Source of the DNA: Candidatus Nanoarchaeia archaeon
Lineage (GTDB): Archaea; Nanobdellota; Nanobdellia; Woesearchaeales; ARS49
Assembly (NCBI GenBank): GCA_041489925.1
Contig: JBGPSD010000001.1
Span: forward strand, 102,414 to 166,413
Direction of reading: 5' to 3'
DNA: 64,000 nucleotides
Of the stretch, positions 51,786 through 61,757 are shown piece after piece (within the stretch, counting starts at the first letter, position 1; each line of letters starts with the position of its first letter). The notes beneath the pieces were generated by a model, which was given only the letters and a program-made list of their open reading frames with translations, searched no databases and was not told the DNA's origin. The position numbers were made by a program, and so were the translations under genes.

Positions 51786-52346
51786 ATGGCAACACCTTTA
51801 GACGTCGGACTATTGCAGAAGTTTGACGTAATCTTTCCCTTTTTGTTTGTGCTCGTCATAGTTTATGCTTTGCTTGCAAGGACAGAGTGGTTTAAGGAAA
51901 AGCAGGGAATCGCATTCCTGCTTGCATTTATTCTTTCAGTAATGACACTGTTCAGCAGCATTGCAGTAAAGACAATCAACAGGATGGCGCCGTGGTTCGT
52001 CCTGCTTGTCATTTTTGCAATACTTCTTTTGCTTGCTTACCAGGCGCTGGGCATTCAGGAAAAAACAATACTTGAAGTAGTCACCGGGCCAAACTACGGC
52101 GGCAACATTGCTTTCTGGGTTCTTGCGCTTATGCTGATAATCGGAATCGGTTCGCTGACATCTGTTGTTTCAGAGGAAAAGCAGTTCACCTCGCTCGCAG
52201 CAGGCGAGAATGCGACATCGGTAGTATTAGGCCAGGGAGAGCAGGTTGGCTTCTGGGCAACATTGTTCCATCCCAAGGTTCTCGGGCTGGCGCTAATCCT
52301 GATGATAGCAATGTTCACAATACAAAAGCTGGCTGCGAAAGATTGA
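51786..52346 (+). CDS. polytopic membrane protein, tandem paralogue 3
   Basis: Block QKFDVIFPFLFVLVIVYALLARTEWF. The ATG abuts the stop of paralogue 2. Confidence 0.6.
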   Translation: MATPLDVGLLQKFDVIFPFLFVLVIVYALLARTEWFKEKQGIAFLLAFILSVMTLFSSIAVKTINRMAPWFVLLVIFAILLLLAYQALGIQEKTILEVVTGPNYGGNIAFWVLALMLIIGIGSLTSVVSEEKQFTSLAAGENATSVVLGQGEQVGFWATLFHPKVLGLALILMIAMFTIQKLAAKD

Positions 52347-52402
52347 AGTTGAGTTCTAGATACTACGCACCTTTATAAACCGCAAAAACATGATTTGTAG
52401 GC

Positions 52403-52933
52403 ATGGTAGAGACACTAAGATGCGGGTCAATCAATGACGTTGCAGACCTGATTTCATCAGGTTACCGTGCATTTTATGCAAAAAACAGGCGCCCTCTTAC
52501 AGTATCAACTAATTTCTGGAAGCCTGAATGGATTAAGCAATCAGCCGATTGTAAAATTCCGGAAGATGAAGATGTAAGGCGGAATTTCCAGATTGTATGC
52601 AAAAGAGACCAGCTTTCTAAGATTAAGCCGTACGCAGCGCAATTTGCCGTGACCATTCACGCATATTCAGACACATTAAGAGAGGAAGACCTTGAAATAA
52701 CAACACACGTATTTAACAGCACAATGCTTGAAGATATTGTTAAAGGGCAGACTTTTGCAGCAAGTTCAAGCAGATATGTGATATCAAGCACGTGCGAATC
52801 TTCTGAAATAAAACACTTTTTTGACAAATGGCTGGAGCACAGAAACTCACTTATTGCTGAGGCAACGGCAAGGATAATCGGACCTGTATTGACAGTTTAC
52901 AGAGTGCCAGTGTTGTTCATAGAAAAGAAATGA
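52403..52933 (+). CDS. hypothetical protein
   Basis: 176 aa, soluble, no motif. Confidence 0.45.
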   Translation: MVETLRCGSINDVADLISSGYRAFYAKNRRPLTVSTNFWKPEWIKQSADCKIPEDEDVRRNFQIVCKRDQLSKIKPYAAQFAVTIHAYSDTLREEDLEITTHVFNSTMLEDIVKGQTFAASSSRYVISSTCESSEIKHFFDKWLEHRNSLIAEATARIIGPVLTVYRVPVLFIEKK

Positions 52934-53620
52934 TTATTTCTTCTTTGCAAGCACTGGAGCAGACTTTGTCTTTACAGTCTTTGTAATCCTTGACAGTTCA
53001 GCAACACTGCCTGTCAATTCCGGAAGGACTTTCTGGAAGACCTTTTCCATTGCCTTGATTTCCGTGCCTACGTCAAGAAGGTTCTTGTCATACTCTGAAA
53101 TCTTGCTGACTATTGCCTTGTGGAGGTTGTCAAGGTCTGACTTCATGTCTACCATTGACTGGTCAACCTTGTCAAGCCGTGATGTCGCAGTTTCCTTCCA
53201 CTCATTCATCTTGCCAAGCTCCTTGCTGAACTCATTCCATTTCTCCTCAACGATAGACTCTGCGATTTCCTCAAAGCCTTTTGGAGCTTCGCGCTGGCCT
53301 CCTTCGCCGCCCATTCTGCCTGCGGCCGGGAATTCTCCTAGCCCTCCGCTTGGCGCTTCTGGCATTGGCTCAGGCCCGCCTCGGGATTCTGCCTGCGCCA
53401 TCGCGTCATAAATCTGCTGGGGCTGGAAGCCCTGCCTTTGCAAAGTCTGTATGATCTGGTTGTTGGTCAGGCCCTGCTGCTGCATTGCCATAACCTGGTC
53501 AGTCGGGGTTTCTCCGGGCATAGGACCAGGGACCTGCATCCCCATTGGAACAGGATAGCCTACGGTGGGCGCAGCAGGTTCTGCAGAAGGTTTTCTCTTG
53601 AATATGTCCATTAAGCCCAT
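52934..53620 (-). CDS. Pro/Gly/Gln-rich + coiled-coil protein (FlaC/D/E-like suspected)
   Basis: A low-complexity N-terminal half, then a ~110-aa heptad region (IVEEKWNEFSKELGKMNEWKE...DNLHKAIVSKISEYDKNLLDVGTEIKAMEKVF). Sits next to the filament ATPase locus. Confidence 0.5.
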   Translation of the reverse strand: MGLMDIFKRKPSAEPAAPTVGYPVPMGMQVPGPMPGETPTDQVMAMQQQGLTNNQIIQTLQRQGFQPQQIYDAMAQAESRGGPEPMPEAPSGGLGEFPAAGRMGGEGGQREAPKGFEEIAESIVEEKWNEFSKELGKMNEWKETATSRLDKVDQSMVDMKSDLDNLHKAIVSKISEYDKNLLDVGTEIKAMEKVFQKVLPELTGSVAELSRITKTVKTKSAPVLAKKK

Positions 53621-53659
53621 TATTGACCTCTTTTTCGCCTTTTTCCGTCAGATTAGTTC

Positions 53660-54157
53660 TTAAATGTTTTGGTCTTTGCCCTGAGGATTGAGCTTTTCCT
53701 CGACCACTTCGCGGGCAATCTTCTCTGCAAAGTCCGCTGTCACGAACTTCACAGGCTCCCAGAGCTCTATGTAGCGCTTCATCACGTCCACGTCGCTCTT
53801 GCGCGCTGTCAGGCGCAGCTCCTTGATGACTGTGATTATGCGGTCCTCAACATCCACCAGCTTGTGCCTGAGCTCGTCAATCTCGCTGTTGGACTGCTTC
53901 AAATCGCCCACGAGCTTTTTGTGGTTGGAAAGCATGTTCTGCTCTATGAACAGCAGCTTTTTGCGGAGCTCGTTAAAGCGCTCCTCAGAAACCCTGATTC
54001 TCGCCGAGAGCCCGTTAATCTGCTCATTGACTCCCATCATCTCTGCGCTTGGCCCTGGAGCAGGCTTTGAGCTGCCAAACAGGCCTTTCTTCGCAGGCGG
54101 CACAGGCATTCCGCCGAACGCCGAAGGGTCGCCAACCGCCAGTGCATCATCTGCCAT
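53660..54157 (-). CDS. coiled-coil protein
   Basis: 165 aa with a Gly/Pro-rich N-terminus, then heptads. Leaderless start about 25 nt after an AAAGTATATCC box. Confidence 0.5.
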   Translation of the reverse strand: MADDALAVGDPSAFGGMPVPPAKKGLFGSSKPAPGPSAEMMGVNEQINGLSARIRVSEERFNELRKKLLFIEQNMLSNHKKLVGDLKQSNSEIDELRHKLVDVEDRIITVIKELRLTARKSDVDVMKRYIELWEPVKFVTADFAEKIAREVVEEKLNPQGKDQNI

Positions 54158-54280
54158 ACATAGGGAAAAAGCGAGGATATACTTTAATTTTGTGGTGCTC
54201 TTGGGGAGTGGTCAATTATATGATAAAATATATATTTTCGGATATAATATGTTTAAAAAACACAAAATATATAAAATAAT

Positions 54281-54445
54281 ATGTTGAAACAGGGGTTTAG
54301 AGTGAAAAAACCGATATCTGCAACGATAGAGGAAGACCTGATTACCTGGATAGGCCGGACGGTCTCGAAGGACAGGAAAAAGTACCGCAACAAGTCGCAC
54401 CTCATAGAGGTCGCGCTGGAAAGGATGCGCGAGGAGGAGGACTAA
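54281..54445 (+). CDS. ribbon-helix-helix (CopG-like) protein, 47-54 aa
   Basis: Not in the ORF track (under 60 aa). KKPISATIEEDLITWIGRTVS...NKSHLIEVALERM fits strand-helix-helix. The start is either ATG 54281 or the in-frame GTG 54302. The stop TAA abuts the ATPase ATG (TAAATG). Confidence 0.6.
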   Translation: MLKQGFRVKKPISATIEEDLITWIGRTVSKDRKKYRNKSHLIEVALERMREEED

Positions 54446-56725
54446 ATGCCGGAAGGGGCGAAATGCGGCACCACGGAAGTGCTCCGCGAGGGCGAGGAAA
54501 TCACAATCAGGATGGACTGCGAAACCTGCCAGTTCTTCCCTTCAATCGAGGACGACCCCCGCGTGATGTCGATGGTGATAGACGCGCTCGCAGAAGCAGG
54601 AACAGGGACAAAGATTGTCCTTGTGCAGAAGCGCGATTACGAGTATGACTACAACCAGACAGCAATGCTGCTTGAGATATCAAAGCTCTACAGGCAGTTA
54701 AGCAAGGAAAAGCTGTCAATCGGGCTTCTTTCAGACCCCCTTTCAATGAGGTTTATTAATACAAAATACACTGAACTGCAAAACATAATCCACCGTTCTC
54801 TGAAATCCGACCCCCTTGGCGCCTATGTGGAACTGGTTCGAATAGCCCGCCGGGAACGAACCCAGCTTGAGCAAGGCGCCATACCTCGAGAAGGTGTACC
54901 CTGCATCAGAAGTTTCTTGGGCTTGGTCGAGACCCTGGTCAGCCGCCTGGATAAGACGCGCCTGATAACCTTGGCCAAGCCCGCCCTGGCGGGTTACACT
55001 CTTGGAGACCGCGAGATATACCGCAAATTTCTCTCGCCCCTTGTAAAGCCTGACTTCATGTACACAAAGCTGCAGGCAAGCTATCCTCCGGAAGGGGAGG
55101 AAATCGGCGGATATGAGGTGGGCGACAGCGAGGTCACTGTTTTTTCAATTCCTGAAACCATTCAGTACCTTTACCATCTCTCACCGCCGGAATTCAGGCT
55201 GAATGAGGAAAAATACGAGCTTCTTGACGCCGCAAGAAAGATTCTGGCAGAGCACAAGCCAAAAAGGAGCGAATTCGTTGACCCTGAAAGGATGCGGCAG
55301 GTTTTCACAAATGTGGGAATGGACCTGCTTGAAGAGCTTGCCGGCTATAGGAACATAAGGCTCAGGGAAAAAGAGCTTGACGAGCTGACAAAAATCCTTG
55401 TCCGCTATACTGTTGGATTCGGGCTTGTGGAAAACCTGCTTGAAGACGAGCAGGTGCAGGACGTCACAATCAACAGCCCGATGGGAAGGACGCCGATTTT
55501 CATTGTGCACGCAGAATACGGCGACTGCATGACAAACATAATGCCCACTGTCACAGAGGCTGAAAGCTGGGCTTCAAAGCTGAGGATGATTTCAGGCAGG
55601 CCGCTTGACGAGGCAAACCCAATCCTTGACACAGAACTTATCCTGCCGACCGCGCGCGCAAGAGTCGCGGCAATCACAGCGCCGCTTAACCCCACAGGGC
55701 TTGCCTACGCGCTAAGAAGGCACAGGGACAAGCCGTGGACTTTGCCGCTTTTCATCCAGACAAAGATGATTACACCCATGGCCGCAGGAATACTCAGCTT
55801 CCTCATTGACGGAGCAAGGACAATGCTAGTCGCGGGAACAAGGAGCGCAGGAAAGACCTCGCTTCTTGGCGGAGTGATGACTGAAATCATGCGAAAAGGA
55901 AGGATTGTCACAATTGAAGACACGCTTGAACTGCCTGTTGACGCGCTCAGGAAGCTGAATTACAACATCCAAAGCATGAAAGTCGCGAGCGCCCTTACCC
56001 GAGGGACAAATGAAGTCAGCGCAGACGAGGGAATAAGGACAACGCTCCGCCTCGGTGACTCCTCGCTCATCGTGGGAGAAGTCAGAAGCGTCGAGGCAAA
56101 AGCGCTCTATGAAGCGATGAGAATCGGCGCGCTTGCAAACGTTGTCGCAGGAACAATCCACGGCGACAGCCCTTACGGAGTCTTTGACCGTGTTGTAAAC
56201 GACCTCGGAGTGCCCAGGACTTCATTCAAGGCAACAGACATAATCGTGGTAGCAAATCCTGTGCGCTCCCCTGATGGATTGCACAGGTTCAGGAGAGTCA
56301 CCCAGATAACAGAAGTCAGGAAGAAATGGGAGGAAGACCCGCTGGCAGAAGGCGGATTTGTTGACCTGATGAAGTATGAAAGCAAAAGTGACATGCTTGA
56401 GCCGAGCAAAGACCTTCTCGCAGGAGACAGCGACATCATAAAGGCAATCGCAGGCTCTGTCAGGGAATGGGCTGGCAACTGGGAGGCTGTCTGGGACAAC
56501 ATCCTGCTCAGGGCGAACATCAAGCAGGAGCTTGTCAGCGTCTCGAACAAGCTCAAGAACCCTGATTTGCTTGAGGCAAATTTCTCAATACTCGCGAATG
56601 ACGAGTTCCACCGCATCAGCGAGCAAATCCGCAATGACGTGGGATTCCTTGACAGCAAGAAAATCTTCACAGAATGGAGCGAGTGGCTTAAGCGGAAGGT
56701 CAAGAAACCGGTGCTGGTTACATGA
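54446..56725 (+). CDS. type IV filament assembly ATPase (FlaI/ArlI-PilB/GspE superfamily), long form
   Basis: 759 aa. Walker A GTRSAGKTS, the Asp-box/Walker B region DSSLIVGEVRSVEA and the His-box GTIHG lie in the C-terminal half. The N-terminal region is an unusually long ~430 aa. Confidence 0.85.
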   Translation: MPEGAKCGTTEVLREGEEITIRMDCETCQFFPSIEDDPRVMSMVIDALAEAGTGTKIVLVQKRDYEYDYNQTAMLLEISKLYRQLSKEKLSIGLLSDPLSMRFINTKYTELQNIIHRSLKSDPLGAYVELVRIARRERTQLEQGAIPREGVPCIRSFLGLVETLVSRLDKTRLITLAKPALAGYTLGDREIYRKFLSPLVKPDFMYTKLQASYPPEGEEIGGYEVGDSEVTVFSIPETIQYLYHLSPPEFRLNEEKYELLDAARKILAEHKPKRSEFVDPERMRQVFTNVGMDLLEELAGYRNIRLREKELDELTKILVRYTVGFGLVENLLEDEQVQDVTINSPMGRTPIFIVHAEYGDCMTNIMPTVTEAESWASKLRMISGRPLDEANPILDTELILPTARARVAAITAPLNPTGLAYALRRHRDKPWTLPLFIQTKMITPMAAGILSFLIDGARTMLVAGTRSAGKTSLLGGVMTEIMRKGRIVTIEDTLELPVDALRKLNYNIQSMKVASALTRGTNEVSADEGIRTTLRLGDSSLIVGEVRSVEAKALYEAMRIGALANVVAGTIHGDSPYGVFDRVVNDLGVPRTSFKATDIIVVANPVRSPDGLHRFRRVTQITEVRKKWEEDPLAEGGFVDLMKYESKSDMLEPSKDLLAGDSDIIKAIAGSVREWAGNWEAVWDNILLRANIKQELVSVSNKLKNPDLLEANFSILANDEFHRISEQIRNDVGFLDSKKIFTEWSEWLKRKVKKPVLVT

Positions 56726-58875
56726 GCGACGGAACACTTCCTGTGGACCTTGTACAAAAATACAAGCAGAAGCTTCAGTCACAGCTGGACCTCTCATCAG
56801 CAGAGCCCATGCCCGTAATAAGCAGGGAATACCAGTCATTCAAGCAGGAGTCAATGCCAGGCCATATGAGCGTGTATGAGAAATGCTGTGTTTTCGCCGG
56901 CAAAATCATGAACATCAAGGTTGACCCGAAGCGCTCGCAGGAGCTTCAGGAGTCAATAGACATTGCCCACCTTAACATAACCCCTGCAAACGCGATTGCA
57001 TTCAGCATTTTATTTCCAATCACATACATGGTTTTAGGGTCAATAGCGAGCATTGCCCTTGCAACTTCGCTGTTCTTCACGATGTTCTTTCTTATTTCAG
57101 GAATCGCGCTGATGATGGTGTTTGGCAAGTATCCGATGTTCCTCGCGAACAACTGGCGCATGAAGTCAAGCAACCAGATGGTGCTTTGCGTGTTCTATGT
57201 TGTTACGTTCATGCGCCACACAAGCAACCTTGAGCTTGCGATAGAGTTCGCGTCAGAGCACCTTACCCCTCCGCTTGCGCTTGATTTGAAAAAAATCCTA
57301 TGGGATGTTGAGACCCAGAAGTATGAGAGCATCAAGGAAAGCCTTGACCTGTATCTTGAGACCTGGAGGAAGTGGAACAATGAGTTTGTCGAGTCATTCC
57401 ACCTGATAATGAGCTCGCTGTACGAAACTTCTGATGAAAGAAGGCTCTCACTGCTTGACAAGTCCCTTGATGTCATCCTTGATGAGACATTCGAGAGGAT
57501 GCTGCACTATGCCCAGAATTTGAAAGGGCCGATAACAATCCTGCACATGCTTGGAGTCATACTTCCAATACTCGGGCTTGTGATTCTGCCGCTGGTTGTC
57601 AGCTTCATGAGCACAGTAAAATGGTACCACATCGCGACTCTTTACAACATAATACTGCCTGTCCTTGTTTACCTGGTTGGAAAGAATGTGCTTAGCAAAA
57701 GGCCGACAGGCTATGGAGACACAGACATAGCAGAGCTTAACCCTGCGCTGAAAAAATACCGCAACATACTTATCAAGCTCGGCGGAACAGAGCTTCAGAT
57801 CAATCCGATTTTCATCTGCGTGCTTATTGGTGGGGTTTTCCTTTTCCTCGGGCTTATTCCTCCATTGCTGCACTTCCTGCAGCCGGACCTGAGTTATGAA
57901 ATCAACCTGCCGTTTGTTGGCTGGAAGATGCTTGAGTACAGGCAGGACTCTGAAACAGGGGATATTGTTGGGCCGTTCGGCATGGGCGCATCCCTGCTCT
58001 CGCTTGCATTCCCCCTTGCCCTTGCATTCAGCATAGGGCTTTACTACAAGCTACGGTCGCAAAATGTAATCAAGATACGCAATGAGACAAAAAAGCTGGA
58101 GGATGAGTTCGCGACCGCACTGTTCCAGCTCGGCAACAGGCTTGGAGACGGCCTGCCTGCTGAGATTGCGTTCTCAAAAGTGGCAGAAGTGATGCCTGAC
58201 ACAGTGAGCGGAAGCTTCTTCAATGTTGTCGCGACAAACATAGTAAAGCTCGGAATGGGTGTGAAAGATGCCCTGTTCAACCCGCGCACAGGCGCGCTTG
58301 TGTATTTCCCAAGCAATATCATCCAGAGCTCGATGAAAGTGCTTGTTGAAGGCATAAAAAAAGGCCCGCTTATCGCTGCTCAGGCGCTGCTCAATGTTTC
58401 GCGCTACATAAAGGAAATCCACAAGGTCAATGAAAGGCTCAAGGACCTGATGGCAGACGTGATTTCAGACATGAAATCGCAGATAAGCTTTCTGACGCCC
58501 GCGATTGCAGGCATAGTCATTGCAATAACGAGCATGATCACAAATATACTCGGCTCATTGTCAGGCAACATCCAGAACCTTGGCGCGACAGAGCTCGCGG
58601 GCAACATCAGCCAGGTTGCAGGGATGTTCGGAGTCGGAATCCCCACGTATTATTTCCAGTTTGTTGTCGGGATTTACGTGTTTGAAATAGTGTTCATACT
58701 GACAGTACTCGCGAACGGCATTGAGAACGGCGCAGACAAGCTTCAGGAGCGCTACAGCCTCGGCAGCAACCTCATCAAGAGCACACTTCTCTACTGCAGT
58801 CTCAGCTTCATAATGATGATTGTCTTCAACACGATTGCGAGCAAGATTGTCGGCGTAGCAGGAGCAATGGGCTGA
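56722..58875 (+). CDS. FlaJ/TadC-type polytopic platform membrane protein
   Basis: 717 aa with multiple TM clusters separated by two cytoplasmic helical domains (T2SF-like duplication). 4-nt overlap with the ATPase gene. Confidence 0.65.
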   Translation: MSDGTLPVDLVQKYKQKLQSQLDLSSAEPMPVISREYQSFKQESMPGHMSVYEKCCVFAGKIMNIKVDPKRSQELQESIDIAHLNITPANAIAFSILFPITYMVLGSIASIALATSLFFTMFFLISGIALMMVFGKYPMFLANNWRMKSSNQMVLCVFYVVTFMRHTSNLELAIEFASEHLTPPLALDLKKILWDVETQKYESIKESLDLYLETWRKWNNEFVESFHLIMSSLYETSDERRLSLLDKSLDVILDETFERMLHYAQNLKGPITILHMLGVILPILGLVILPLVVSFMSTVKWYHIATLYNIILPVLVYLVGKNVLSKRPTGYGDTDIAELNPALKKYRNILIKLGGTELQINPIFICVLIGGVFLFLGLIPPLLHFLQPDLSYEINLPFVGWKMLEYRQDSETGDIVGPFGMGASLLSLAFPLALAFSIGLYYKLRSQNVIKIRNETKKLEDEFATALFQLGNRLGDGLPAEIAFSKVAEVMPDTVSGSFFNVVATNIVKLGMGVKDALFNPRTGALVYFPSNIIQSSMKVLVEGIKKGPLIAAQALLNVSRYIKEIHKVNERLKDLMADVISDMKSQISFLTPAIAGIVIAITSMITNILGSLSGNIQNLGATELAGNISQVAGMFGVGIPTYYFQFVVGIYVFEIVFILTVLANGIENGADKLQERYSLGSNLIKSTLLYCSLSFIMMIVFNTIASKIVGVAGAMG

Positions 58876-58895
58876 TTCTTTTAGAAGAAAAAAAA

Positions 58896-58969
58896 TGGGA
58901 ACGGCCGGATTTGAACCGGCGATTACGCCGTCTTCAGCGGCGAGTTCTCCCGGGCTAAACTACGTTCCC
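58896..58969 (-). tRNA. tRNA-Phe (GAA)
   Basis: Acceptor GGGAACG/CGTTCCC, anticodon arm CGCCG-CTGAAGA-CGGCG, T-arm GCCGG-TTCAAAT-CCGGC, discriminator A. Confidence 0.88.
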
Positions 58970-59012
58970 TTAAGTAATAGTCGAGAAATAAGGGCTTTAA
59001 AAGTCTTTTGTT

Positions 59013-60509
59013 TCAGAGCTGCCCGAACTTCTTCTGGCCTGTGTAGAGCTCGAAGACTGCCTGCCTTAGGTCTTTTATCTTGACGCGCTTCTGCTCTGTT
59101 GTGTCCCTGTCCCTCAAGGTTACGTCCTCGTTTTTCAAAGAGTCAAAGTCAATCGTGACAGCCCAGGGACAGCCGACTTCATCCATTCTCGCATATCGCT
59201 TTCCAATGCTTCCTGACGAGTCATAGAACGCGTCAAAGCACTGCAGGATTTCGTAAACCTCATTTGCCTTCTTCTTCAACTCATCCTTGTTGCTCAATAA
59301 GGGGAATACTGCGACTGTCAATGGCGCAAGAGCAGGCTTTATTCCGAGAACTACTCGCTTTTCGTTGTTCTTTTCCTCTTCCCTGTAAGAGTGCTCAAGC
59401 ATTGCGTAGAATGTGCGGTCAAGACCTATAGATATCTCCCAGATATGCGGGATTATCTTCTTGCCGTCAGGATAAACATATTCAAGGCTTTGCTTGCTTC
59501 CTGCAGCGTGGCCTTTTAGGTCATAGTCAGTGCGGTTGTTGTTCGCGACAAGCTCAACCCATCCAAGACTTGTTTCAACTTCAAAGTCCCATGTTTCTTT
59601 TGAGTAGAACGGGCGCTCATCAGAGCCGACTTCGCGGAATCTCATCTTTTCCCTTGGTATTCCCAGTGTTTCAAAGAATTTCTGGGTGTGTGCAAGATAA
59701 TACGCAATCATTTTTCCTGAAACAACGCCCTTGTCGACGAGGCTTCTTGCGAGGATTGACTCAACCTTTTCAGAGCCTGTGCGCATTATCTGTATCGGAT
59801 GGTCCTTGATTTCGTCAAAGCCCTCAACTTCATTGACTGTTGCAGGGTCAAAGAATACCTCTGCCTCCATTTGCGAGAACTCAACCTGCCTTAGCAGTGT
59901 CTGCCTTGGCGAGATTTCATTCCTGAATGACCTTCCAACCTGCGCAATTCCCTGCGGAAGCTTGATTCGCATTGTTTTCATCAATCTTGACCAGTCGCAG
60001 AATATGCTCTGGCAGGTTTCAGGGCGGAGATAAGTGTCTGACTTGGTTGAGACTCCGACTTCTGTCTTGACCATCATGTTAAAGCGCTTTACAGGCCCGA
60101 GAGCTCCCTTGCATTTGGGGCAGACGAGCTTGTGCTTCTGTATTTCAGAGTCAAACTGCGCATTCTGCATTGCCTCAGGGAAATGCTCTTTTGTGGCATC
60201 CTCGAGAAGCTTGTCTGCGCGGTGGATTGTGTTGCACTTTGCACACTGCGTTACAGGGTCGTTAAAAGAGGCAAGGTGGCCTGATGCCTTGAAAACATCT
60301 GCAGGCATTATCTGGCAGCCGTAAATTTCCATCATTCCTGTCTTGTTGACAATCTCTTTCCGCCAGGTGTCAATTATCTTGCGCCTTATTGTTGCGCCGT
60401 AAGGGCCAAAATCATAGAATCCTGCAGGAGCATTTGCATAGATTTCGCTCGCAGGGAAGAAGATTCCCCTTCGCAGAGCCCAGTTGACAACCTCTTCGTA
60501 TTTGGTCAT
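59013..60509 (-). CDS. glyS: glycyl-tRNA synthetase (archaeal/eukaryal alpha2 type)
   Basis: 498 aa. RRGIFFPASEIY, GFYDFGPYG and FRNEISPR class II motifs, plus a C-terminal anticodon-binding domain. Confidence 0.9.
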   Translation of the reverse strand: MTKYEEVVNWALRRGIFFPASEIYANAPAGFYDFGPYGATIRRKIIDTWRKEIVNKTGMMEIYGCQIMPADVFKASGHLASFNDPVTQCAKCNTIHRADKLLEDATKEHFPEAMQNAQFDSEIQKHKLVCPKCKGALGPVKRFNMMVKTEVGVSTKSDTYLRPETCQSIFCDWSRLMKTMRIKLPQGIAQVGRSFRNEISPRQTLLRQVEFSQMEAEVFFDPATVNEVEGFDEIKDHPIQIMRTGSEKVESILARSLVDKGVVSGKMIAYYLAHTQKFFETLGIPREKMRFREVGSDERPFYSKETWDFEVETSLGWVELVANNNRTDYDLKGHAAGSKQSLEYVYPDGKKIIPHIWEISIGLDRTFYAMLEHSYREEEKNNEKRVVLGIKPALAPLTVAVFPLLSNKDELKKKANEVYEILQCFDAFYDSSGSIGKRYARMDEVGCPWAVTIDFDSLKNEDVTLRDRDTTEQKRVKIKDLRQAVFELYTGQKKFGQL

Positions 60510-60542
60510 AAGGCGTTCGGGGAGAAGGGTTGCTTAAAAAGC

Positions 60543-61757
60543 TTACTTCTTCAGCCACTCAACTTCCTCTTCGTCAAGGTCGAGCTCTTCAGTCAGCTTG
60601 GCTGCCTGTTCTGGCTTGTTTTTGAAGACAACCTGGAGCCAGGGAAGCGTCTTCTGGATGGTAGTCCTTACAGAGCAGTGCGTTGCATCAGCGAGTTTCT
60701 GGGCAATTGCCTTTCGCTTGCTGTAAGTCATGTTTGCACGCCATATTTTGAGCATTCTTGTTGTCTGCTCGTACTCAGGCGGGTTTTTTGAGCGCGCTGT
60801 CTTTGCAACTGCGATTCCTGCAGTAAGAAGCTCAAAAATGTGGCTCAGGAAGCGCCAGTGCTGCTGCCTGCGGATTCTGCCCCTGAAAACATCTGCCCTG
60901 CTGAGAATGTCATAGGCGCGGGCAAGGTCTGCAGGATTATCATATTCTTTCGCAAGATTGTGGTCAAGCCAGTGGAAGCACTCGTCAACATCAGCGTCAG
61001 TCTGGTCAAAAGCGCCAAGCGCAAGCATCGGGTCAGAGTTCTTGAACACCTTGACAAGCGCGTTCTTGATTTGCTCAAGCCTGTTGCGCTCTCCAAGAGT
61101 CTCAAGGCCCTTTGCAGTAAGCTTTGCAGCGCCCTGCGAAAGCAATTGTAAGTCATTAATCGCCGAGCGCAAATCACCGCCTGACCTTCTGGCAAGGGAT
61201 TTCAGCACAGAGGGCTCTGCTTCAAGGCTTTCTTTTGCACAAATGTCCTGAAGTATTCCAGTAATAACATCGGCAGGCAATGAAGGGAACTCAACAAGCA
61301 CGCATTTGCTCCTCAAGGCGGAGAATTTCTTGTCCCAGGGGTCCTGCGCTGTCAAAACTATTGGAAAAGTTGATTTTACAATCAGGTCAACAAGCGCGGG
61401 AACACCGCCGCGGTCATTTGTGCCTGAAACGCCGTCAATCTCGTCGACAAGAACCAGCTTTCCCGAGTAGAACAATGAGCGCTGCTTCAGGACATTTCCA
61501 AGCCTTTCGTTAATCTGCGCCTCATTGCGGACATCAGAGGCATTGAGCTCGACAATCTCCCAGTTCAAATCCTTTGCGAGGGCGTGCACAGCGCAGCTTT
61601 TCCCTGTTCCGGAAGGGCCGTAAAGGAGCATTGCCTTTTTTTTCTGCTTTGCAAACGTGTTAACGAACTGCGCAAGCTTGACAATCCCCTCTGACTGGGG
61701 CACAGCCTGCAAGGTTTTTGGACAGTAATGATTAATCCAGAGCTTTCCTTCCCCCAT
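60543..61757 (-). CDS. rfcL: replication factor C large subunit
   Basis: Start trimmed to MGEGKLWINHYCP, about 27 nt after an AGTATTTAAAGG box. Walker A GPSGTGKS and DEID are present, with an acidic/basic C-terminal tail typical of archaeal RfcL. Confidence 0.88.
   Translation of the reverse strand: MGEGKLWINHYCPKTLQAVPQSEGIVKLAQFVNTFAKQKKKAMLLYGPSGTGKSCAVHALAKDLNWEIVELNASDVRNEAQINERLGNVLKQRSLFYSGKLVLVDEIDGVSGTNDRGGVPALVDLIVKSTFPIVLTAQDPWDKKFSALRSKCVLVEFPSLPADVITGILQDICAKESLEAEPSVLKSLARRSGGDLRSAINDLQLLSQGAAKLTAKGLETLGERNRLEQIKNALVKVFKNSDPMLALGAFDQTDADVDECFHWLDHNLAKEYDNPADLARAYDILSRADVFRGRIRRQQHWRFLSHIFELLTAGIAVAKTARSKNPPEYEQTTRMLKIWRANMTYSKRKAIAQKLADATHCSVRTTIQKTLPWLQVVFKNKPEQAAKLTEELDLDEEEVEWLKK

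Noticed and set aside
58895-59083. 62-aa plus-strand ORF in the track.
   Set aside because: It is the antisense of tRNA-Phe (58896..58969) plus the 3' end of glyS, so it is not a gene.
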